The notes under the pieces are model-generated. The model did no database searches and was not told the origin of the DNA. It saw only the letters and a list, made by a program, of their open reading frames with translations. Shown here one piece after another: positions 29,785-38,980 of a stretch of 64,000 nucleotides of DNA; position 1 is the first letter of the stretch; each line of letters begins with the position of its first letter. Position numbers and translations under genes: made by a program. Source of the stretch: an uncultured virus (IMG/VR IMGVR_UViG_3300025669_002088) (lineage: Duplodnaviria > Heunggongvirae > Uroviricota > Caudoviricetes); IMG/VR virus record IMGVR_UViG_3300025669_002088, positions 1 to 64,000 of that record. One strand, 5' to 3'.

Positions 29785-30261
29785 CTACTCCGTGGCCGAG
29801 TCAGATGATCCCGTTTCGACTTTGACCATATAGCCATCCCGGATCTCCCACTGTGGATCCACGCAGAGACCCGCCACATGATCCTCTAAACAAAAATGAC
29901 ACAGGGGGGTTCGTCCGCAAAGATCACAGGACTCAAGAACACAACTGGGAGCCAGCAATTGGGAGCATTGGCAACACCGCTGCGGGGCACCTCTGTCAAT
30001 GACGTCAGCAAGCTCTCGGATCGAACAACCGCCCCAATGGCGACGTACCCACTTCCCCCAACCTGTCCGTTTGCTGGCTTTCTTATACAACTGACAGACA
30101 TAAAAGCTGATCACCTGAGGCTGTTCTAGAGTGTCCCTGTACAAGGTAGCGAGAACATCGAACGCTTCCTCGCTGTCTGCTGCCCAGACGTAGCCAAGTA
30201 CCCGAGGGTGTGCCTCTGCTGTTTGGTAAAAACCAGTCCAGAAGTTTGGTTTTTCAGGCAT
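29785..30261 (-). CDS. hypothetical Zn-binding protein
   Basis: Several CxxC pairs; follows the promoter motif at 30304. Confidence 0.55.
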   Translation of the reverse strand: MPEKPNFWTGFYQTAEAHPRVLGYVWAADSEEAFDVLATLYRDTLEQPQVISFYVCQLYKKASKRTGWGKWVRRHWGGCSIRELADVIDRGAPQRCCQCSQLLAPSCVLESCDLCGRTPLCHFCLEDHVAGLCVDPQWEIRDGYMVKVETGSSDSATE

Positions 30262-30385
30262 GCTCGTGCTCCCACCCTGCAAAACGGTAACTCTCCACTC
30301 TGTCTACTCTGAAGCGTCCCCAGATGATCCCGGTGAAAGGCCTATAAAGGACGGAAGCTGTAAACCAGTCCGGGGAGGCTTAACA

Positions 30386-31618
30386 ATGGCCAAAAACAAA
30401 CCACAAAGACACTCGTTAGTGGGGCAACGTTTTGGTAAACTCTTGGCCCTGGAGAGGATTCCCGAAGGGCAAACCAAATATCGCTGTCTATGTGACTGCG
30501 GGAAAGAAGTTACCGTTGCCAGAGGCAGCCTTCAGCAAGGCGTAACACGTAGTTGCGGCTGTCTTCGTTCCCCCGATCTCATAGGACAAAAATTCCATCG
30601 GTTAACAGTCCTGGCCCTAACCCGAAAAATGAAACAGGGTCGGAAGTTGCCCCACTACATCTGTCGATGCGACTGCGGAAACGAGCACATCGTAGACAGA
30701 ACCGACCTCACCAAAGGGCGAGTAAAAAGCTGTGGCTGCCTACGGGGGTCTCATTATGGTACTGCCCGACCCATATGCAAGGGAGATCATTTCGGACGGT
30801 TGACAGTAGTTGCACAGGCTGGGAAGGGGGAGCATCTTTGCAACTGCTCTTGCGGAGGAACAAAAATCGTCCCCTATGTCCGTTTGAGAGCAGGTTCCGT
30901 GCAAAGCTGTGGGTGCCTACGAGGTTCGCCCCTGCCTTGGGGACAGGCGGCGCAGAATGCTGTTTTTCTGAGGAATCGAAAAAACGCACAGCTAAGAGGG
31001 TTGTCCTTTACCTTGATCCGAAACGACACACTGCCTCTTTTCAAACAAAACTGCTACTACTGTGGTGCGCCCCCGACAATGATTTACAAACACCCCAGAG
31101 GAAACTGCATCTACAATGGATTGGATCGGGTGGACAACACCGAGGGTTACACACCCTCAAACGTGGTGCCCTGCTGCTGGAAGTGCAATAGAGCCAAGAG
31201 AGAGGCAACTAGAGAAGACTTTCTGAACTGGGTGATGTTACTACATGACCCAATACCACCCATCTCTGCCTCAGGTCTGGCCCGTGTAGTGGTCACCCCC
31301 AAAGACAAACAAATTTACCGGAAATATCAAGGAGACGCTACTCGACGAGGCATCTCCTTTAGTCTTGATCTCACTCCTTTTGCAGCCCTGATTCAGTCCA
31401 ACTGTGGGTACTGTGGAACACCCCCTGCATCTCGGTACAGAAAACATGTTTACACAGGGATAGACCGAGTCGACAATGTTTTGGGCTATGCCGCAGATAA
31501 CTGTGTGCCTGCCTGCATCAGGTGCAATCGGGCAAAGAACACCGATGAATTAGCTGACTTCCTGGCTTGGGCAAAACGGATCCAGACCTTTCAAACCACC
31601 GCAATTTCCACCAAATAG
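30386..31618 (+). CDS. free-standing HNH-like endonuclease (3 N-terminal G.RFG.L..C.CDCG..SCGC repeats + 2 nuclease-like domains)
   Basis: Repeats plus two C.YCG..G.DRVDN..GY...N.VP.C..CNRAK units; GGAGG RBS. Confidence 0.8.
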   Translation: MAKNKPQRHSLVGQRFGKLLALERIPEGQTKYRCLCDCGKEVTVARGSLQQGVTRSCGCLRSPDLIGQKFHRLTVLALTRKMKQGRKLPHYICRCDCGNEHIVDRTDLTKGRVKSCGCLRGSHYGTARPICKGDHFGRLTVVAQAGKGEHLCNCSCGGTKIVPYVRLRAGSVQSCGCLRGSPLPWGQAAQNAVFLRNRKNAQLRGLSFTLIRNDTLPLFKQNCYYCGAPPTMIYKHPRGNCIYNGLDRVDNTEGYTPSNVVPCCWKCNRAKREATREDFLNWVMLLHDPIPPISASGLARVVVTPKDKQIYRKYQGDATRRGISFSLDLTPFAALIQSNCGYCGTPPASRYRKHVYTGIDRVDNVLGYAADNCVPACIRCNRAKNTDELADFLAWAKRIQTFQTTAISTK

Positions 31619-33138
31619 CGGAACACCTGAGCATCCTGGTTGAAGGTAACCAACTCGTCATGCACAAAGCCCCCCTGACTTTGTTTCCCGCAGGCAAAGA
31701 TGAAGTCCTTAGTCGGCCACCCTGCCGGGCGATGCCTGTCCCAGCAAGCCGAGCCCCGTATGTCCGCTAACCCGAGGGCAACTTCCTGAAGGTACATGAA
31801 AGCATTGCGAGAGGCGTTGCCTGACCCGTAGTAGGCTCCTCTAGCGCTGGTGTAGTTCATCGACTTAAGTGCCCCATTCGTACCATCCGTAGGCGAACCC
31901 CCGACGAGCTTGTGTCCTGTGGCGTTCCAAGCGGGGGCGTGGTAAATGCCTCGTCCGAAGGCTGCTCCCGCCTTGTGGACACCCCGAGGAAGATTCTCAG
32001 GCATCAGGAGTCCCTGCTTGCTGATACCCAACAAGTTTTCGGTGCGTGTGCCATGCCACGCCATGATCCGTCCTGTTGCCCCCGGCTTTTTGGCGGTTTG
32101 AGTGGCATAGGTACTAAAGCGGCTGTCTGTACCGTTGCGTGTGAACTTGAACACCCTGGCAACCCGCAACACCGAACGGCCTCCTCGCCACCAGTTTTGA
32201 TTCCGCTGTGACTGTGCCGTGTTGAAGATCTCCACGACTTTGCGGAAGTCCTGGGTGCTTGGTTCACAAATTTCAATGGAGCAGCCGAGGCCATCGTACC
32301 ATATCTGTTCTTTGCCCGCTGTGCTGGACGTGTGTGCTGCAGCTTGAAACACCTCCTTGGTCAGGTGGGCATCCCGAAGAAGCTGGAGGAATTTGCGCTG
32401 TTCCTGCAACCGAGCATAGCTGGAGAGCACCACTAGATGCAGGTTGTCCTGCCCCCGCTGATCACGTCTGATCTCTCTCGGAACATTGGACATGAAACGG
32501 TTGGTCAGGTCAATGACCCCATCTCGGGGCACACCCTTTACGAGGGGCAGCGTCTGTTCCCGGTTTCGGGAACTCTCCCGCCCGAACTCCTGTTCTAAGG
32601 TGGTCTCGATCTCATCGAGGATGGAGCCTCCGATGTCTAATTGCCTATCTGATAAATTACCGATGGGGTTGTCCGCCGTTGCCCCGGCCTGAGCGGAAAG
32701 ACCAGCCCGAACTACCCGACTCGTCTCGTTGTAGATGACGCTCAGAAGTTGCCCGACTTCGGGGTTAAGGGAAGAAGTTACGGGGGCGGGTGTTAAAGCG
32801 ACGGGCACAGCCGTCCCATTGGCAGCGGCTTTATTCATCTCCTCTTGATCAGAACGAGTTTCCAGCCGGGTGTACCCTTTACGTTCCTTCCCCTGCACCT
32901 TTTTGGAAAGCAGCGACTGTGCCTGCCCCAAGCTGATGCCCCGTTTGCTGCCCTTGTCAGATCCGGCTTTGCCAGTCGGACCCCATCGACACTCGAAGTT
33001 CGCCATCCCCCCTCCGAGATCCTCCACCCACCCCTTCCAGAATTTGTTACTGCCGAGGGTCACACAGCCGGTCTTAGCCCCCGTCAAATCTGTGAAATTC
33101 AGGGTCACACTCTCAACAATTGTCCCGGCCATCGTCAA
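31591..33138 (-). CDS. WGR-domain PARP-like ADP-ribosyltransferase
   Basis: N-terminal SNKFW..RWGP..K.RKGY (WGR); catalytic WHGTR, FGRGIYHA, S.NY, DELVTFN..Q...RYLVE (H-Y-E). Confidence 0.88.
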   Translation of the reverse strand: MTMAGTIVESVTLNFTDLTGAKTGCVTLGSNKFWKGWVEDLGGGMANFECRWGPTGKAGSDKGSKRGISLGQAQSLLSKKVQGKERKGYTRLETRSDQEEMNKAAANGTAVPVALTPAPVTSSLNPEVGQLLSVIYNETSRVVRAGLSAQAGATADNPIGNLSDRQLDIGGSILDEIETTLEQEFGRESSRNREQTLPLVKGVPRDGVIDLTNRFMSNVPREIRRDQRGQDNLHLVVLSSYARLQEQRKFLQLLRDAHLTKEVFQAAAHTSSTAGKEQIWYDGLGCSIEICEPSTQDFRKVVEIFNTAQSQRNQNWWRGGRSVLRVARVFKFTRNGTDSRFSTYATQTAKKPGATGRIMAWHGTRTENLLGISKQGLLMPENLPRGVHKAGAAFGRGIYHAPAWNATGHKLVGGSPTDGTNGALKSMNYTSARGAYYGSGNASRNAFMYLQEVALGLADIRGSACWDRHRPAGWPTKDFIFACGKQSQGGFVHDELVTFNQDAQVFRYLVEIAVV

Positions 33139-33204
33139 TCCTCCTGGTGGGCGTCAGTGCCCCTCACCTTAACTACTCTGCAGGTTGCCCAGATGATCCC
33201 TGGA

Positions 33205-33459
33205 TTAATCCAGGAGCAGATCCGCCAGGGTGCGGAGCCAACCGTGAACTGTGTCGAACCCAAAGGCGTGCCCCTCACCCCAGGCGACGTCAAACGCTCT
33301 GTCTGCCTTGGGGTGTCCCGTCAGTCCGACATCCCTCAGGGCGTCCTGCTTGAACAAGGTCTTGAGCCGAAAAGACTCATCCTGGTAAGCACGGAAGATG
33401 CTGGGGCTGCGTCGGAGTGTCAGAAAAGGCTTGTGGTTGATGTACTTGTCGAAATCCAT
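33205..33459 (-). CDS. conserved phage hypothetical protein
   Basis: FKQDAL..HPKA..AF..AW..GH; AAGGAG RBS. Confidence 0.65.
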   Translation of the reverse strand: MDFDKYINHKPFLTLRRSPSIFRAYQDESFRLKTLFKQDALRDVGLTGHPKADRAFDVAWGEGHAFGFDTVHGWLRTLADLLLD

Positions 33460-33500
33460 TGGGTGCTCCTTTTTCGGGGTCATTTGCCCCTCACCCTTGT

Positions 33501-33701
33501 CTACTCTGTGGGTCGGGGAGATGATCCCTGAAAGTCAGAAGGCACAACCCCTCTTTCAAGGAGGTGCCGTTCAAGAGTGGCATAGTCCACATGAGGAAGG
33601 GGACGGCGGAACGCATCACGAATACGCCTTCCCTCAGGTGTCCTGATAGGGATGTTTTGAAGGTTTGGCCCCTTTTTCCGGTCCCCTGTTTTTCCCATCA
33701 C
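33501..33701 (-). CDS. small protein resembling a DNA polymerase I motif-A fragment
   Basis: PNLQNIPIRTPEGRRIRDAF..DYATLE resembles PolA PNLQNIP.R...G..IR.AF..DYSQIE. Confidence 0.55.
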   Translation of the reverse strand: MMGKTGDRKKGPNLQNIPIRTPEGRRIRDAFRRPLPHVDYATLERHLLERGVVPSDFQGSSPRPTE

Positions 33702-34221
33702 CTAGTCCTTTTCGTTTTCCGGAAGAGCGTGAGCCGTGGCCCTACAAATGTCCCGCAGGATCCCTCGGAGCACTTTGGCTTTGTTGTCTGCTTGTAAGGC
33801 CCTGTTCAGGGCCTTTTCCTGTCGATCCTTTTCCTGTACCCTGTCTGCTGTGGCCTTTGCCCGAATTGCCCGCTTTTCCGCTGACCTTATAGCTTCCACC
33901 ACTATTGTTAGCGCCACATCGAGTGGTTCAGAGGGAAAGGGAACAGCGCACTGGACATGCTCATAGTCCCAACCCTCGTACTCGTAACTTCCACGAGTAG
34001 TGAGCAACTCCAGAGCAGCCTCAGCGTCCCCTTCTGACGCCTTCTGCGCCAGTTCAAAATGTTTCCTTCTGGTCTCCCAAATCTTGAGGGACTGCCTGTC
34101 ATTTTGCAGTGCTCTTAGGTAGGGGTTGTGCTGGGCGTCCACAGCGAATTCCAGAGAACGTGTTTGGAGGTCGGAACGGGTCTCCTCGGAAAGGCTCGAA
34201 GGCTCTGGCCCTGGGTCGGGG

Positions 34222-35732
34222 TCCTTGACAGTACCCAATTTAGTTGCTAAAATCTAACTATTCCTGCTTGAAACAAGAAGCAGAGGTCAGTAAATGAAGT
34301 GTCGCATCTTCCGACTTCACAAGGACACCAACCGATCTAAGATCGATAAGTTGGAAGCCCTGCACAAAGCATATGTCAAGTACGTCCGTATCTGCGTACA
34401 GACGATGCTCAACCAGCAAACCCTCAACCTCCCGAAAGCCGCCAAACAAACGTTCTTCCCACGGGCTACTGATCTTACGTCTCAAATCGAAAAGATCGCA
34501 CGAGACCATGCAATTCAAATCGTAAGTGCTTGGGCCAAAGCTACTTACGCTCGTAAATTAAAGCCGACTATCACCAATCTCAAGCATGACGGTACCCTCA
34601 CCGATCAGGACGCCAAAGCACTCTGTGTCATCGGGTTGAAGTCCATCAGCAAGCCATGGGAGTTCATCACCCAAGACCATCTCGATGCTTATCACACCCT
34701 GTTGGACACCTACGGAGGCAACAAGCCTATCGTAAGGGACAACCTACCCATGAGGTTGTCAGAAATGACGGCTCGATTGGAAGACACAACTAAAGCTCCT
34801 TTGGGGGGTTTTTGGCTGAGGGTGTCCTCGTTGGAAGCTCGGAAATCCGTCTGGTTGCCTCTTGTTGGGAATCCTTACATCCAGCAGGCTGATCAGGTTA
34901 ACAAGGGGATATCAGCCCGTAAAACCAAGAAGGGGTTCTGGCGCTTTGAGGCAGTTAGCAAGGCTGAGTGGACCATTCCTGAAGCACAGGAAGATTGGCC
35001 TAAGTTGGGTGTGGATGTGGGCTTGAACGTGCTTGCAGCTACTTCAGATGGCGTGACCTATGGTGAACACGTCAAACCTAAGTTCGACAAGCTCTACGCT
35101 CGTGTCAGAAATCTCCGAGCAAACCGCCAACGACAGGACCTGAAGGACAACAGCCCAAAGTTGGATCACCTTGAAAGCAAGCTGAGTGGGTTGATCAAGA
35201 CAGAAACGGGTCGTGTAGTAAACACCCTTATCGTCCGCCATCCTGAGACAGTGTTCGTGGTCGAGGATCTCGACCTTCGAGGTTGCCGAGGCCAAAAGCG
35301 GTTTGCTTACAGGGCGTTACAGACCAACTTGGAGAGAAAAGCCCCAACAGAGAAGGTGAACCCGGCTTATACGTCGCAGGAGTGCCCCTCCTGCGGTTAC
35401 ATTCATCGAGGCAACCGAAGTTCAATAAGGTTCCATTGCCGCTCGTGCGGTAGGAAGGCTCACGCTGATTGGGTGGGAAGTTCTGGTGTGCTCAGACGTT
35501 CTGAAGACGAACACATCAAAGCTGGCGATCATCCAAGAGGTGTAAAACGAGTGCTAAGAGAGCGATTCCGTGTTAAACGGACCAGTTCCTTGGGATTCGG
35601 GCGGAAGGAGCAACCGTCATTCGAGCCCTTACCGTTGGGCCAGAGGCTTACTACCGTTGGATCAGAGTCATTTGGCAGCGGCACAGCTTCAAACTTGATG
35701 CCTGTTACATTCCAGCAGGTTTTAAGGAACGG
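34222..35732 (+). mobile_element. IS607-like TnpB-only element
   Basis: Inserted at GGGG|T with GG at both junctions; ends shared with two mini copies; no tnpA. Confidence 0.85.
34225..34253 (+). promoter_or_regulatory. sigma70-type promoter of the TnpB element
   Basis: TTGACA-N17-TAAAAT, conserved in both mini copies (26430..26458, 44970..44998). Confidence 0.8.
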
Positions 35733-35802
35733 TACCAGTGTCCATCAGCGAACCGCCTGTTCACCACCTGGATCATTGCAGCCTGAGCCATCTCGTCCGT
35801 AG
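34294..35802 (+). CDS. tnpB: TnpB RNA-guided endonuclease
   Basis: RuvC GVDVG / VEDL / HADW intact; PAYTSQECPSCG..FHCRSCG Zn finger. Confidence 0.92.
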   Translation: MKCRIFRLHKDTNRSKIDKLEALHKAYVKYVRICVQTMLNQQTLNLPKAAKQTFFPRATDLTSQIEKIARDHAIQIVSAWAKATYARKLKPTITNLKHDGTLTDQDAKALCVIGLKSISKPWEFITQDHLDAYHTLLDTYGGNKPIVRDNLPMRLSEMTARLEDTTKAPLGGFWLRVSSLEARKSVWLPLVGNPYIQQADQVNKGISARKTKKGFWRFEAVSKAEWTIPEAQEDWPKLGVDVGLNVLAATSDGVTYGEHVKPKFDKLYARVRNLRANRQRQDLKDNSPKLDHLESKLSGLIKTETGRVVNTLIVRHPETVFVVEDLDLRGCRGQKRFAYRALQTNLERKAPTEKVNPAYTSQECPSCGYIHRGNRSSIRFHCRSCGRKAHADWVGSSGVLRRSEDEHIKAGDHPRGVKRVLRERFRVKRTSSLGFGRKEQPSFEPLPLGQRLTTVGSESFGSGTASNLMPVTFQQVLRNGTSVHQRTACSPPGSLQPEPSRP

Positions 35803-35892
35803 TGGCATCATAGTACAGGTCCCCGTGCTTTTCCCTGAAAACCAGTAGACGTCCGGTTACGGTCGATTTGTCGGTCATTGAGAACCTCCGTC

Positions 35893-36055
35893 GTGTGTAC
35901 CGACCAGCTTATTAAACTACCACTCAGTCGGTGGAATTGAACCACACCTTGGCTTTATCAGAGCCACGCTCGAACACGAGCTACGACCTTGTAGTAGGAC
36001 TGGCTACCTACATCTTCGGTTTATCAGACCGCTGTTCTAGCCGGTCGGTACACAC
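35893..36055 (-). ncRNA. structured RNA with two tRNA-Ile(GAU)-like arms inside a 17-bp closing stem
   Basis: GTGTGTACCGACCGGCT/AGCTGGTCGGTACACAC stem; two CTGATAA loops; begins 3 nt after the promoter -10. Confidence 0.65.
35924..35990 (-). tRNA. degenerate tRNA-Ile(GAU)-like cloverleaf (inner unit)
   Basis: TA-GCTC..GAGC D arm, TGGCT-CTGATAA-AGCCA, GTGG-TTCAATT-CCAC; only a 5-bp acceptor stem and no CCA. Confidence 0.5.
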
Positions 36056-36124
36056 TGTCTACTCAGAGAGGTTCCGAGATGATCCCTTTTGCTCGGTACG
36101 GTAGAGAAACACAGGAGGAAGACC

Positions 36125-36442
36125 ATGCCGGATATTCACATTCTCACAGCAACAGACCACACGCCGGAACAGGTTCAGGCGTTCCGGGACGAGGTCGCCA
36201 AAGCCTCGCAGGATCCTGACTACATCGTGGTCACCAACTTCGACGTCACCCTACAGACTGTAGAACAGCAGGAGGGGATGGTCCCCCTGGTTACTGCGGA
36301 GGGAGCCGACGCTGACGAGTTGGAGGCCCTGATGAAGGATTTGGACAGGGCGAGGAAGGATCCCTCCTACATCGTCGTGACCCATCTGGACGTCTATGTT
36401 GTCCACCTTCCGGTCCTGCCGCCAGTACCCACCACGGACTAA
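36125..36442 (+). CDS. small acidic protein with an internal duplication
   Basis: DPDYIVVTNFDV / DPSYIVVTHLDV; AGGAGG RBS. Confidence 0.65.
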   Translation: MPDIHILTATDHTPEQVQAFRDEVAKASQDPDYIVVTNFDVTLQTVEQQEGMVPLVTAEGADADELEALMKDLDRARKDPSYIVVTHLDVYVVHLPVLPPVPTTD

Positions 36443-36525
36443 CTCGACACATCTGACGAGATCCCAGTCCCCCAATTGATCATCGCCGGTCTTCCCCGAG
36501 TAGCTGTGTGTATAGGGGGGGACAG

Positions 36526-38886
36526 ATGCCCAACTGGAACCGAATAGCCCACAGCGCCAGCAAAGTAACCGGCAAGGTCCAAACGATGGTGGAACATCTG
36601 TTGGGGGTTGAAGCGCTGACTCTCCGTTTCCTGGGCACCCACTTCCCACCCCAGCACGTCAGAGAGGTTTCTTTCGCCAGCCGGGGGCATGACATCGGCA
36701 AATACAGTCCCCTGTTCCCTGATGTACTGAACGGGGTAGCCCGAGGGGTGCTGGATCATTCCTCACCTGGAGCCTGGGTTGCTTACGACCGAGGATCCCT
36801 CCTCGCTTCCCTGTTGATCGCCGGACACCATAGGGGTCTGCCGGATTTCTCACGCGTCTATTTGGGGTGTGTCCTACGCCCCTCTGCACAGCCGATGGGT
36901 AGCGGGACTCATCCTAACCCCGGTGTCTTCCATGTCTATCCGGGGCCAGCGAAAGACTTGTTGGTTCCCCTACGTGAGGATGGCATCGAGCTTCCTGAAA
37001 TCAATATAAATGATGATGAGACCTTCTTTTCTTTTTCTGAACTGGTGAAAGGCTGGCAGTTGTCCATTGCCAAGGGCTTGGATGTCCGAATGGCCTTTTC
37101 TGCGCTCGTTGACGCCGACTTCCTGGACACCGCCGAGCACTTCAAACCAGGGCGCACCTGTCCCAACCCCCCGTTGGACGCCGGTCTCGCCCTTGACGTT
37201 TTGAACAAATACATCGACGGCCTCAGTGCCAAGAGCAAACGCAGCGATGGTGCTTCCCCTGTGGTGCAACAGGAACGGGACCGTCTACGACAGGACTGCC
37301 TCAGAGCCGCCCAGGGGCCTCCAGGACGCATTTTGACCTGTACAGCCCCCACCGGTGTAGGCAAAACTCTAGCGCTGGTCTCGTTCGCCCTGGCGCACTG
37401 TCAGGCCCACCAACTTAAACGGGTGATCATCGCTGTACCCTACAAAAGCATCATTCAACAGACGGCGAAAACCCTGAAGGAGCTTTTCAAGGACCGGGCC
37501 TTCGGTCCCCACTTTGTGTTGGAGCATCACACGGACGCCACGCAGTGGGTCGAAGAGGAGGATCTCCAACAGGATGGTAGATCAAATGAGATTGACCGAC
37601 GAGGGCTCACTGAAAACTGGGATGCACCAATCATCCTCACCACGAACGTTCAACTATTGGAGTCCTTGTTTTCCAATCGGCCAGGGAGATGCCGGAAACT
37701 CCACAACATCCAGGACTGCGTGATCATTTTTGATGAGGGCCAGTCTTTGCCCAGCCACCTTATGCTCCCCACAATAGCAATGCTCGACCGACTCAGCCGT
37801 CAGTATCAGGTCACGGTGGTGTCTGCCACGGCCACCCAGCCTGCCTTCCAGAGCATCCTGCCTCAGGTAGAAACACTCGTGGGGGAACCGCTCCAGCCCT
37901 ACGAGGAGATTGCCTCCGCCCCCGTAGCCTCGGCCAAGGCGATGGTCCGCAACAAGTTTCACTGGCCGCACAACGACGACGAGAGGTGGACCTGGGCGCA
38001 GTTGGCTGACCGGGTGTGTTCGGAAAGGATGTCAAACCTCGTGCTTCTCAACAGGAAGGACCATGCGGAAGCGGCCTGGAGGGAAATACAGACACGGTGG
38101 GGGGCGGATCGAGCTATCTATTTGACTTCCAACCTGTGTCCAGCCCACCGGAAGGGGCTACTCAAAGAGGTGGTTCGTCGGTTGAAGACCGTTGGGGACT
38201 ACTTCGTTCTGGCAGCTACTCCTTGTGTGAACTCAGGGACGGACTTCGACTTCAACAGGGGCTTCCCGGCCATGGGACCGTTGGATGGGACGGCACAAAC
38301 CGCTGGGCGGGTAAACCGGGAGGGCTTGCGGGTACTAGGGGACATCTTCGTTTTCCGCCCGGACGTTGAATACAAGGACATGTTCCCGCATGACGAGTGG
38401 TTCCAGGCTGCTGCCCGGATCACGGAGCGGTTCCTCCGGCGCTACGGACAACGTCTCGACCCGACGAACCCGGAAATCTTGACCCAGTACTATGAGGCCC
38501 TCTATCGGGAAGCAGGGCTAGATCACCCGGCCACCAAAAAGATCATCGAGGCGTACCAGGAGGGTTCCTTCGAGAAGGTCAGTCGACGCTACCGGGTCAT
38601 TCCCGACAAAGGGGTCCAGGTCGTCGTTCCCTACCTGGAAGGAGGGTGTGGGGAGCAGTACAGGAAACTCAACAAGGAGCGGCCCACCCGGAAAAGCTTC
38701 CGGATGTGGATGAACCGAGCGGCCCTGCTATCGGTCTCTGTTCTGTCACTGAAGAAGGATCACCCCCTCTGGCTCAGCCTTGACCCCGTCACGCTGAAAA
38801 GGAAGGACGGCTCCATCACCGAAACGGGCTGGTACATCTGCACTGACCCAAGAGCCTACCACCCGGAACTTGGGCTGGTGCAATGA
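36526..38886 (+). CDS. cas3: Cas3 HD nuclease-helicase (type I-C)
   Basis: AHS..EHL, HDIGK, AGHH.GL, DADFLDT, APTGVGKT, ENWD, DEGQ, SAT, Q.AGR.NR. Confidence 0.93.
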   Translation: MPNWNRIAHSASKVTGKVQTMVEHLLGVEALTLRFLGTHFPPQHVREVSFASRGHDIGKYSPLFPDVLNGVARGVLDHSSPGAWVAYDRGSLLASLLIAGHHRGLPDFSRVYLGCVLRPSAQPMGSGTHPNPGVFHVYPGPAKDLLVPLREDGIELPEININDDETFFSFSELVKGWQLSIAKGLDVRMAFSALVDADFLDTAEHFKPGRTCPNPPLDAGLALDVLNKYIDGLSAKSKRSDGASPVVQQERDRLRQDCLRAAQGPPGRILTCTAPTGVGKTLALVSFALAHCQAHQLKRVIIAVPYKSIIQQTAKTLKELFKDRAFGPHFVLEHHTDATQWVEEEDLQQDGRSNEIDRRGLTENWDAPIILTTNVQLLESLFSNRPGRCRKLHNIQDCVIIFDEGQSLPSHLMLPTIAMLDRLSRQYQVTVVSATATQPAFQSILPQVETLVGEPLQPYEEIASAPVASAKAMVRNKFHWPHNDDERWTWAQLADRVCSERMSNLVLLNRKDHAEAAWREIQTRWGADRAIYLTSNLCPAHRKGLLKEVVRRLKTVGDYFVLAATPCVNSGTDFDFNRGFPAMGPLDGTAQTAGRVNREGLRVLGDIFVFRPDVEYKDMFPHDEWFQAAARITERFLRRYGQRLDPTNPEILTQYYEALYREAGLDHPATKKIIEAYQEGSFEKVSRRYRVIPDKGVQVVVPYLEGGCGEQYRKLNKERPTRKSFRMWMNRAALLSVSVLSLKKDHPLWLSLDPVTLKRKDGSITETGWYICTDPRAYHPELGLVQ

Positions 38887-38980
38887 AAAAGTCTGCGGAC
38901 AGGGGTTCCTTTTGCGACTTCATTGAGTAGTAAGAAGTGCCGCCGAAGAAACTCGGCTGGATAAACAGACGGAGGGACAG

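Larger units (their letters stand above)
33702..35878 (-). pseudogene. hypothetical gene (221 aa when restored) interrupted by the TnpB element
   Basis: Removing 34222..35732 joins MTDKSTV...ADGHW-Y-PDPGPEP in frame; GGAGG RBS at the start. Confidence 0.8.

Noticed and set aside
26427..35732. Elements as self-splicing IStrons
   Set aside because: They are antisense to the interrupted genes, and I recognised no group I intron core in the short left end.
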